Positions 1-6,544 of a stretch of 48,783 nt of DNA are shown piece by piece (within the stretch, counting starts at the first letter, position 1; each line of letters begins with the position of its first letter). Made by a program: the position numbers and the translations under genes. Below the pieces are notes generated by a model. That model saw only the letters and a program-made list of their open reading frames with translations. It had not been told where the DNA came from and did no database searches. The DNA comes from an uncultured Dehalococcoidia bacterium (GTDB lineage Bacteria > Chloroflexota > Dehalococcoidia > Tepidiformales > Tepidiformaceae): positions 1 to 48,783 of the forward strand of contig CAWVTC010000001.1 in assembly GCA_963933025.1 (NCBI GenBank). Direction: 5' to 3'.

Positions 1-216
1 ACTCCTGTACCTGAACCTACTCCTGAACCTACTCCTGTCAATGAGTATGAAGTCCAAGCAGGCGACACGTGTCTACAAATAGCAATTGATAATAACGTGG
101 ACCTTACTCCACTTCTCGATGCTAATAACCTCACTGAAGAGGACTGTGCAGCGATTCAAATCGGGCAAATTTTGATTATTCCTGAACCTGAACCTGAGAC
201 TGCAGAGACTGAATAG
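1..216 (+). CDS. LysM-domain protein, C-terminal fragment (5' end outside window)
   Basis: Frame 1 is open from nt 1 to TAG 214-216: TPVPEPTPEPTPVNEYEVQAGDTCLQIAIDNNVDLTPLLDANNLTEEDCAAIQIGQILIIPEPEPETAETE. The Y.V..GDT...IA....L...N.L....I..GQ.L.IP pattern is LysM, preceded by a Pro/Thr/Glu linker. It is absent from the ORF track because no start lies in the window. Confidence 0.7.
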   Translation, partial: TPVPEPTPEPTPVNEYEVQAGDTCLQIAIDNNVDLTPLLDANNLTEEDCAAIQIGQILIIPEPEPETAETE

Positions 217-883
217 GTAAAGTGACCGCAGGAAAGTTTTCTGCAGTCACTTCAAAATCGATCGAGGAAGAGATCCTTGGCATTGCGATATTCTTGTGAT
301 GTTCAGATATCCAATTCACTCGTACTTCCCAGTGAGACTGGAAGGACCTCCATCCTGATTGACGTTCTTTAACCCACCGCCAATCCGCCCAACATAGTAA
401 AGCGACATCTAAATCACGACGAGCTAAATGGCGAATAGCTTGTAAAGCCGGAACACGACGGCGTTTTACGGATTCAACTTTATCTGCAATCACAAGAATT
501 TTGGCAAGCAAAGACATTTCAGAATAGCCCGCAGTATGCTCCCTGATAGCAACTAACACTTCATCATCTGTAACACTCAGTGTCTTAGAAAGCAGGTCAG
601 CTGCAAGTGGTCCATGTAGTAAAATTGGATTTTCCCGAACCTCGTCCTCAATCGTTATACCTGCTTCCTCGGCAAAGCGAATCTGTTCTTCCGGCAGTGT
701 TGCTCTGAAAAGATCGTGGCCAACCACCGCTAACTCAATGCGTGATCTACTAACATTCCAGACATCCGAAAGTCGAAAAGCTTCCTCCAGTACACGTTCT
801 ACGTGCCTTTGCAAACCAAGGGGACGCTCACGAAGCATCTCACGAACCCTTTTAATCTGGTGTTGTAATTCCTTCTCACTCAT
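176..883 (-). CDS. HD-domain phosphohydrolase, YqeK-like
   Basis: 235 aa ORF with the HD motif (VVGHDLFR) and IREHTAGYSEMSLLAKILVIADKVE, typical of YqeK-type HD hydrolases. Its ATG overlaps the hit stop (TGATG). The 3' tail overlaps the LysM gene end. Confidence 0.6.
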   Translation of the reverse strand: MSEKELQHQIKRVREMLRERPLGLQRHVERVLEEAFRLSDVWNVSRSRIELAVVGHDLFRATLPEEQIRFAEEAGITIEDEVRENPILLHGPLAADLLSKTLSVTDDEVLVAIREHTAGYSEMSLLAKILVIADKVESVKRRRVPALQAIRHLARRDLDVALLCWADWRWVKERQSGWRSFQSHWEVRVNWISEHHKNIAMPRISSSIDFEVTAENFPAVTLPIQSLQSQVQVQE

Positions 884-1242
884 CAGGCTGCAGGACCAAC
901 TTCTGGACCAAGCTCACGACCAGCAAATAAATGTAAATGTAAGTGAGAAATCGTCATACCTGCTGCATCACCAACATTAAAACTAAGGCGATAACCATCT
1001 TCCAAAACACCTTCGGCAACTGCAACATCTTTTGCTAAATCAAACATTGCACCCAGAGTACTATGGTGGGTTTCTAAAATTTCTCGTGCGTCTGAAATAT
1101 GTTCACGTGGAATAATCAGAACATGAACGGGGGCACGAGGATTAATATCTCTGATTGCAAAAGCAAATTCATTTTCACTCACAAAATCAACAGAGATCTG
1201 GCGTGAAAGCATATTACAAAAAAGACAATCTTTATCTGACAT
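883..1242 (-). CDS. HIT-family (histidine triad) protein
   Basis: It carries the histidine triad MTISHLHLHLFAG and an N-terminal CLFC. The ORF track starts at 1269, but ATG 1242 (MSDKDCLFC) fits HIT N-termini and is the ATG conserved in the repeat copies at 1854 and 3044. Confidence 0.8.
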   Translation of the reverse strand: MSDKDCLFCNMLSRQISVDFVSENEFAFAIRDINPRAPVHVLIIPREHISDAREILETHHSTLGAMFDLAKDVAVAEGVLEDGYRLSFNVGDAAGMTISHLHLHLFAGRELGPEVGPAA

Positions 1243-1345
1243 AGAAGGATTGTAGCTGTTTCTAGGCACGAATAGGTCGGATATGTACGTTATTTATGCT
1301 GGTTTGGCGTTAATTTGGCGTTAATAATATAAAAACTAGGTACGT
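1221..1345. repeat. hit 5'-end module, copy 1 (core with native hit ATG plus distal arm)
   Basis: It is colinear with 1833-1957. The first 56 nt match 54/56 and the next 69 nt match 54/69 without gaps. Both copies end at GGTACGT and then diverge completely. Confidence 0.85.
1303..1324. repeat. 11-bp tandem doublet TTTGGCGTTAA x2
   Basis: Exact tandem copies at 1303-1313 and 1314-1324. A single related word TTTGGCGGTAA lies at 1735-1745 near the other end of cassette 1. Confidence 0.9.
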
Positions 1346-1506
1346 TTAGCCTTTGGACCTGGCGGTCGTCCAGCTATTCTACTTTCTCCTGTGAATTGCT
1401 TTTCTATACCGCATTTTTTACATGTGCCATTGGTTAACTCACCGCTTGGGGATGCGAGTTGCCAATGATGTGTGCACTCAGTGTCGATTGTTTTATCCTT
1501 TGCCAT
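1336..1506 (-). CDS. small Cys/His-rich protein (possible zinc ribbon) with basic tail
   Basis: MAKDKTIDTECTHHWQLASPSGELTNGTCKKCGIEKQFTGESRIAGRPPGPKAKRT, with C-x-H-H ... C-x-x-C spacing. The start is chosen at ATG 1506, because its first 19 nt are identical to the start of the mini-ORF at 12802. Confidence 0.35.
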   Translation of the reverse strand: MAKDKTIDTECTHHWQLASPSGELTNGTCKKCGIEKQFTGESRIAGRPPGPKAKRT

Positions 1507-1757
1507 TATGTCTAAATCATCTATCCACAAACAAGGATACTTCTACATCACTTGTAAGCACAGGGCCACCTAAGCCCTCATTAAAATTCCATGAACAGTA
1601 AGCAAACTTTGTAAGAACCGACAACTTAGAAAGGTCCACTAATCGGAAAACCCGTCCTACTAATTGTCCTAGCAATCCACCCATTGCTAGAATCTACGCC
1701 TATGTTAGGTATTTATCCATAGAAACCAAAATTTTTTGGCGGTAATTCTTTAATAAT

Positions 1758-1957
1758 AAGTGTTAGAGAGAGGCTCAGACGTGTTTTATACCTGATAATA
1801 AATGTACAAATGTACGACATAGAGTGTTTTGTAAAGACAGTCTTTACCTGACATAGAAGGATTGTAGCTGTTTCTAGGCACGAATAGGCCAGGTATGAAA
1901 GTTATTTAGACTGATTTGGCGCAAATTTGGCGCAAATAATTTGAAAAATAGGTACGT
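1758..1957. repeat. hit 5'-end module, copy 2 (composite: P'-like arm + core + P-like arm)
   Basis: 1758-1832 aligns with 2938-3022. 1833-1957 aligns with 1221-1345. The minus strand carries the pseudo-start ATGTCAGGTAAAGACTGTCTT (MSGKDCLYKTLYVVHLYIYYQV*). Confidence 0.85.
1915..1936. repeat. 11-bp tandem doublet TTTGGCGCAAA x2
   Basis: Exact tandem copies at 1915-1925 and 1926-1936, at the same relative position as the doublet at 1303-1324. Both halves differ from it in the same way. Confidence 0.9.
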
Positions 1958-1959
1958 AA

Positions 1960-2124
1960 ATGGACATTTTACCGATTTGGGCTTGGATGGCATTGGGATT
2001 GCTTCCATTCGTTGTCTTAGCTTTTCGGAAACCCAAGAGCAGATACAAATCCAGAGCCGAGTACGCACGTGATAAGCGTCCAACTAGGAAGCGTCCAACT
2101 AGAAAGCGTCCAAAAGGAAGCTGA
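1960..2124 (+). CDS. mini-protein, one TM helix plus repeated polybasic tail (54 aa)
   Basis: MDILPIWAWMALGLLPFVVLAFRKPKSRYKSRAEYARDKRPTRKRPTRKRPKGS. It falls below the ORF-track size cutoff. The ATG lies 24 nt after the doublet and 5 nt after TAGGTA, so it could be leaderless. The tail is encoded by three AAGCGTCCAA repeats. The track ORFs 1874-2083 and 1902-2171 are antisense to it. Confidence 0.4.
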   Translation: MDILPIWAWMALGLLPFVVLAFRKPKSRYKSRAEYARDKRPTRKRPTRKRPKGS

Positions 2125-2560
2125 AAAGGATTTAGACTCTTAATGGGCGTTTCTGGAATCTTGAACAACAAGACAAGCTACACCAAGAGCGCTGATGTTT
2201 ACGATGAGAATATAAACCTTGCTTAGGACACTCTTCTGAATCTAAATCATGAACGGAAACCATAATGGGGTGCTAATGAGTTTGGATTGGGTGGAGGGCA
2301 TATTGAATGCTATTGTCTGGTAGAATTATCCAAAGTTCATTGTAGAAGCTTCGGTATTTGGTAGATGCTTACGGTGGACCCCCTGCTCCTTTAACCCCCT
2401 AACACTGTTAAAACTCACCACCAGAATAGAAATTGGGACACTATCACTAAAGATATCGCTACCCCTAAAACAACACCAACTACAATGAAAATTCGTTTTA
2501 AAAAACCTCATGGGTTTTTAATCACTACTTAACCCCACGACGCGTTGACTCAGGCGTGTT

Positions 2561-2707
2561 TTATGACTGAGCGCGTTTCTGACCATGACCGCCTCGTCTC
2601 TTTAACCCGCTATGCCTTACCCCTTGCTTCTTCAGGCCATTCATGCGATTCATGAATTCCTCTGTCGTTTCTTCTTTCTTTTCCCGCTTGGGCTTAGATT
2701 TGGCCAT
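2561..2707 (-). CDS. small highly basic protein (48 aa)
   Basis: MAKSKPKREKKEETTEEFMNRMNGLKKQGVRHSGLKRRGGHGQKRAQS. It has the strongest Shine-Dalgarno I saw in this islet (GAAGGAGGCTACTATG). The stop lies inside the 19-mer GACTCAGGCGTGTTTTATG, which recurs at 2951-2969. Confidence 0.45.
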   Translation of the reverse strand: MAKSKPKREKKEETTEEFMNRMNGLKKQGVRHSGLKRRGGHGQKRAQS

Positions 2708-2721
2708 AGTAGCCTCCTTCA

Positions 2722-2757
2722 TGTTACGGATGTTACGACTGTTACGACCTATACGGT
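2722..2757. repeat. 9-bp tandem repeats TGTTACGGA/TGTTACGAC/TGTTACGAC (+ degenerate fourth)
   Basis: Read directly at 2722-2730, 2731-2739 and 2740-2748. They lie immediately upstream of the minus-strand mini-ORF start at 2707. An 8-bp inverted repeat ATAGAGTG/CACTCTAT follows at 2759-2766 and 2782-2789. Confidence 0.85.
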
Positions 2758-2890
2758 GATAGAGTGCGTTCTTGGTGTAAACACTCTATACCATTATCTT
2801 GAAATGCTCATGAGCGCTTAAAAGCTATCGCAAAGCAAAGTAGAGCAACCAACATATTTTTTGCGCCAAAAAATATAAGAAACCTTAGAA

Positions 2891-2910
2891 GACGCAAATT
2901 GGCGCAAATT
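2891..2910. repeat. 10-bp tandem doublet (G/A)GCGCAAATT x2 plus inverted partial copy
   Basis: GACGCAAATT is at 2891-2900 and GGCGCAAATT at 2901-2910. TTGCGCCAAA at 2861-2870 is the reverse complement of the TTTGGCGCAA word. Confidence 0.8.
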
Positions 2911-2937
2911 TAAAAACATGTACTATCAAGTTAAAAC

Positions 2938-3056
2938 AAGTGTTAGCAGAGACTCAGGCGTGTTTTATGCCTGTTTAAAAACATGAGGACAGCCAACTAA
3001 TGTACGGCATATCGCAGATTGGAAAGACAGTCGTTACCTGACATGCAAAGATTGTA
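2938..3056. repeat. hit 5'-end module, copy 3 (P'-like arm + core)
   Basis: 2938-3022 aligns with 1758-1832. The core at 3023-3056 is AAAGACAGTCGTTACCTGACATGCAAAGATTGTA. The minus strand carries the pseudo-start MSGNDCLSNLRYAVH*. It lies 26 nt from the divergent antiporter ATG at 3083. Confidence 0.8.
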
Positions 3057-3082
3057 ACGGGGAAAACTGACTTAATTGAATA

Positions 3083-4312
3083 ATGAATAAAAAATGGCTC
3101 ATCATCGGAACTACTATCCTCTGTGGCTTACCTGGAATTGTTCTGAGGATAACAGCCGTTCATGCCGATCCAGTCTTACTAGCTTTAGCATTTGGCGTTT
3201 CCATTCTTGCAGCAGCATTTTTATTAGGATGGTCACTTGAAACTGCAGAATTAGATATTCCACAAGGACTTGCTGTAGCACTAATTGCATTAATTGCAGT
3301 TCTTCCCGAATATGCCGTTGATGCTGTACTTGCTTTTAAAACAGGCGCTGATCCTCTGGGTAAAGAGGCTAGTGAAGGACTCGCAATAGCGAATATGACT
3401 GGGGCAAACCGCCTATTAATTGGCTTAGCCTGGCCTCTAGTGTTCTTAGTATTTGCGCTAAAATCGAAAAGCTGGAAACTAATTGTCTCGCGAGAACGTT
3501 CTTTAGAACTAGTTTTTCTCGCATTCGCCACAATTTACGTTCTCTTCCTTCCACTTCGTTCTTCTGTAACACTCGTCGACACGATTGTACTTGTATCCCT
3601 TTTTACTATGTATGTTTTGATGACAATACGCTCATCAAATGAAGAAGAACACGAACTGATTGGGCCAGCAGAAGCAATAGGGAAATTGACTACTTTACCT
3701 AGGCGTTTGGCGATAATAATTATTATGGCCTTCAGTGCAGCCGTTATCTTTGCATCTGCAGAACCCTTTGCTGAAGGATTAGTAGAGACCGGAACAAAAT
3801 TGGGCGTTTCAGAATTTTTGCTTATTCAGTGGATCGCACCACTCGCTTCCGAAGCCCCAGAGGTTATCTTGGCTGTCATGCTTACGTTAAGGGGACGTGC
3901 CAGTGTTGGCATGGGGGCACTCATTTCTTCAAAGGTCAACCAATGGACATTACTCATTGGAACCTTGCCAATAGCTTGGGCCTTCGGATCCGGGAATTGG
4001 TCCCTATTAGGCGGTCTACCGCTAGACGGAAGACAACAACAAGAAATCTTTTTAACTGCGGCACAGTCAGCATTTGCAATTGCAATATTTCTGAATCTTA
4101 GGCTTGAAAAAAGCGAGGCCTTAGCACTATTTCTCTTATTTGGAACTCAACTTTTCATCCCTCATGCTGAAGTTCGTATCGGATTTGGAGTTGCCTATTT
4201 ATTGTTGTGTGCCCTTCTAACAATAAAACGTAGGAAAGACGTCCCAAAATTGTTTCAGTCTGCATGGGCAACTGTTCGAGGAACAAAGGATTCCAGTATC
4301 AACTATTCTTAA
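3083..4312 (+). CDS. polytopic membrane protein, Ca2+/cation antiporter (CaCA, Na/Ca-exchanger-like) family
   Basis: 409 aa with about 10 hydrophobic segments. It has two alpha-repeat-like motifs, LIAVLPEYAVDAV and PLASEAPEVILAV. Confidence 0.5.
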   Translation: MNKKWLIIGTTILCGLPGIVLRITAVHADPVLLALAFGVSILAAAFLLGWSLETAELDIPQGLAVALIALIAVLPEYAVDAVLAFKTGADPLGKEASEGLAIANMTGANRLLIGLAWPLVFLVFALKSKSWKLIVSRERSLELVFLAFATIYVLFLPLRSSVTLVDTIVLVSLFTMYVLMTIRSSNEEEHELIGPAEAIGKLTTLPRRLAIIIIMAFSAAVIFASAEPFAEGLVETGTKLGVSEFLLIQWIAPLASEAPEVILAVMLTLRGRASVGMGALISSKVNQWTLLIGTLPIAWAFGSGNWSLLGGLPLDGRQQQEIFLTAAQSAFAIAIFLNLRLEKSEALALFLLFGTQLFIPHAEVRIGFGVAYLLLCALLTIKRRKDVPKLFQSAWATVRGTKDSSINYS

Positions 4313-5888
4313 TAATTGCAAACTCGAGAGCATCAGCAAGTGCTAGCCAAGAAGCCTCAATAATATCAGTACTCGCACCGACCGTAGTCCAATAACGCTC
4401 ACCATCAGTGCTTTCAATCAAAACACGTACAGAAGCTGCAGTAGCATCATGTCCATCTAAGATACGTACTTTGTAATCCGCAAGAGTAGCCTTATCAAGG
4501 CTAGCCCATATGCTAACGAGTGCTTTACGCGCAGCAATATCAAGAGCATTGATAGGTCCATTACCTTCAGCTGCAGTATGCAAAATTTCATCGCCTACAC
4601 GAATTTTCAGCATCGCTTCAGCAATCATATCCCTACTCTGGTCTGAACCATCCTCATGCCTATGACGTTCAACAATTACAAAATCATCCAACTCAAACGG
4701 CGCGGCATACCCAGGTATGTTACGCCTTACAAGCAGTTCAAAACTCGCCTCAGCTCCTTCATACTGAAACCCTTCACTCTCCTTTTGTTTTACAACTTCA
4801 AGAAGATTACGAATTTCCTGATCACTAAAAGGGTATTCAACTTCTAGCTCAGCAAGCTTCGTCTTAAGATTTCGTTGCCCAGACAATTCACTGACAAGCA
4901 CACGTGCACCGTTCCCTACTAGGTCAGGATCGATATGCTGATACGACTGAGGATCCTTTGCTAGTGCTGCAACGTGATAACCAGCTTTATGTGCAAAAGC
5001 ACTTGTTCCCACATATGGTGCTTGTGGATCTGGCGACAAATTAGCCAATTCACTCACAAAATGCGAAATCTCAGATAAGCGAGCAAGTTGTTCATCTTCA
5101 ACTACATCTAGACCCATTTTTAACTTTAAGTTCGCAAGTATCGTAAGTAAATCTGCATTGCCACATCGCTCACCGTAACCATTAATACAACCTTGGATCT
5201 GCCAAACACCCTGTTCTACTGCAGCCATAGAGTTAGCAACTGCTAGACCAGCATCATCATGACAATGAATACCAAGGCGAGCATCTGGAACCTTTTCTTG
5301 GACTGCTTGTAAAGCCTCTAGTAATTGATGTTGCGTCATACCACCATTCGTATCACAAAGCGCCAGGGTACTAGCACCAGCTCGCACTGCAGTAGCAAGG
5401 CATTGCAAAGAATAATCTGGATTAATTTGAAACCCGTCGAAAAAATGCTCAGCATCAAACACTACATTTCTACCCTTATCGACAAAGTAACGAACAGTGT
5501 CGCTGATCATAGAAAGGTTCTCTTCATCAGAAGTTTCCAAAATGTGCTCAACATGATATTGACTAGCTTTACCAACTAGTGTGACCCCTGGGGTTTCCGC
5601 ACTAACTAGACTTTGGATATTAGGATCAGAATCACAAGTAAGATCAGGACGTCGCGTACCACCAAAAGCCGCTACCTTTGCCTGTTTTAAATCAATCTCT
5701 TTCAATCTCTCAAAATAAGCTGCATCCCTTGGATTAGAGCCAGGGAAGCCTCCTTCTATCCACTCGATACCAAGTTCATCAAGTTTCTTAGTAATACTAA
5801 TTTTATCTTCAACAGAAAATGAGATGCCTTCCATCTGGGCACCATCACGCAAAGTAGTATCGTAGATCTGTACACGGTCGGTAGACAT
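4299..5888 (-). CDS. cimA: (R)-citramalate synthase / 2-isopropylmalate synthase family
   Basis: The N-terminus is IYDTTLRDGAQMEGISFSVEDKISITKKLDELGIEWIEGGFPGSNPRDAAYF. It is 529 aa with a C-terminal LeuA-dimerisation-type domain, and the overall pattern matches the CimA clade. Confidence 0.7.
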   Translation of the reverse strand: MSTDRVQIYDTTLRDGAQMEGISFSVEDKISITKKLDELGIEWIEGGFPGSNPRDAAYFERLKEIDLKQAKVAAFGGTRRPDLTCDSDPNIQSLVSAETPGVTLVGKASQYHVEHILETSDEENLSMISDTVRYFVDKGRNVVFDAEHFFDGFQINPDYSLQCLATAVRAGASTLALCDTNGGMTQHQLLEALQAVQEKVPDARLGIHCHDDAGLAVANSMAAVEQGVWQIQGCINGYGERCGNADLLTILANLKLKMGLDVVEDEQLARLSEISHFVSELANLSPDPQAPYVGTSAFAHKAGYHVAALAKDPQSYQHIDPDLVGNGARVLVSELSGQRNLKTKLAELEVEYPFSDQEIRNLLEVVKQKESEGFQYEGAEASFELLVRRNIPGYAAPFELDDFVIVERHRHEDGSDQSRDMIAEAMLKIRVGDEILHTAAEGNGPINALDIAARKALVSIWASLDKATLADYKVRILDGHDATAASVRVLIESTDGERYWTTVGASTDIIEASWLALADALEFAIIKNS

Positions 5889-6065
5889 TCTTTAACCTTT
5901 AATTATTAGAACGGGAATTTTTAGTACGGCTTCAAGGGCAAAAGCACTAAATTAAACATTCGGTAACCACGCAGAAATGGTATCACGCAAAGTACATTTA
6001 ATGAAGATAGTGGTACAAATATGAAAATATCGTTATCTTCAAAGAACCCTTTGAAGGAGTACACA

Positions 6066-6473
6066 ATGGCTACAGTTTTGATTCGCTTAAAAATCAAGGA
6101 CGGAATGGAAAAACGCTACGAGGAAATCCAGAAAGCCCTATATGAAAAAACACATCAGCTAGAAAAAGGCGTGCTCCGCTACGAAGCATGGAGATGTCAA
6201 GATCCCAGCGTCTATTACTGCCTACTAGCGTTTGCTGATTACAACACATTCTTAATAGGTCACCAGATTAGTGATCATCACGAAGAAGCCACTCCGCCGC
6301 TTATGGAAGTAATTGAAGATGAACAATTGGAATGGGTAGACCCAATACAAGGTGCTTCTCCACTACCATCAACTAATCCACAAGACCTTCCAGAAAACGC
6401 ACCCGAGATCGCCAAAACATATGATGAAATATTGCGAGTAGTCGCGCCAAATTGGTGGAATGAATTACGCTAA
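6066..6473 (+). CDS. ABM-like (dimeric alpha-beta barrel) monooxygenase-domain protein
   Basis: The sequence MATVLIRLKIKDGMEKRYEEIQKALYEKTHQLEKGVLRYEAWRCQD...YYCLLAFADYNTF has the ABM pattern. ATG 6066 is preceded by GAAGGAG. Confidence 0.5.
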   Translation: MATVLIRLKIKDGMEKRYEEIQKALYEKTHQLEKGVLRYEAWRCQDPSVYYCLLAFADYNTFLIGHQISDHHEEATPPLMEVIEDEQLEWVDPIQGASPLPSTNPQDLPENAPEIAKTYDEILRVVAPNWWNELR

Positions 6474-6544
6474 AGAAATAGAAATGGTAAGCAAGCACTA
6501 GAACGCTATAATCAAACTGTCCGTTTCTGAATATAGAGGTATTA

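Larger units (their letters stand above)
1257..1832. mobile_element. putative integrase-less mini-cassette 1 (between core copies 1 and 2)
   Basis: It is bounded by core copies at 1221-1256 and 1833-1868. Both arm types are present (1257-1345 and 1758-1832). The cargo is the mini-ORF 1336-1506 plus an 8-bp palindrome pair at 1669-1690. No recombinase gene is present. Confidence 0.3.
1870..3022. mobile_element. putative integrase-less mini-cassette 2 (between core copies 2 and 3)
   Basis: It is bounded by core copies at 1833-1868 and 3023-3056. GGCGCAAA doublets lie near both ends (1915-1936 and 2891-2910). The cargo is the mini-ORFs 1960-2124 (+) and 2561-2707 (-). No recombinase gene is present. 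Confidence 0.3.

Noticed and set aside
1874-2171. Track ORFs 1874-2083 and 1902-2171 on the minus strand.
   Set aside because: They overlap each other and lie antisense to the better-supported plus-strand mini-ORF 1960-2124. That ORF has a clean TM-plus-basic-tail architecture and a repeat-encoded tail. The minus-strand ORFs have no ribosome-binding site or recognisable features.
1221-3056. A classical integron cassette array as the explanation for the hit-locus cassettes.
   Set aside because: No intI gene or attI is present. The repeated junction has no attC-like imperfect palindrome with R''/L''-L'/R' symmetry or GTTRRRY core sites; GTTAGAG and GTTAGCA do not fit. The conserved core is instead the hit start region. 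I keep only the looser term cassette-like.
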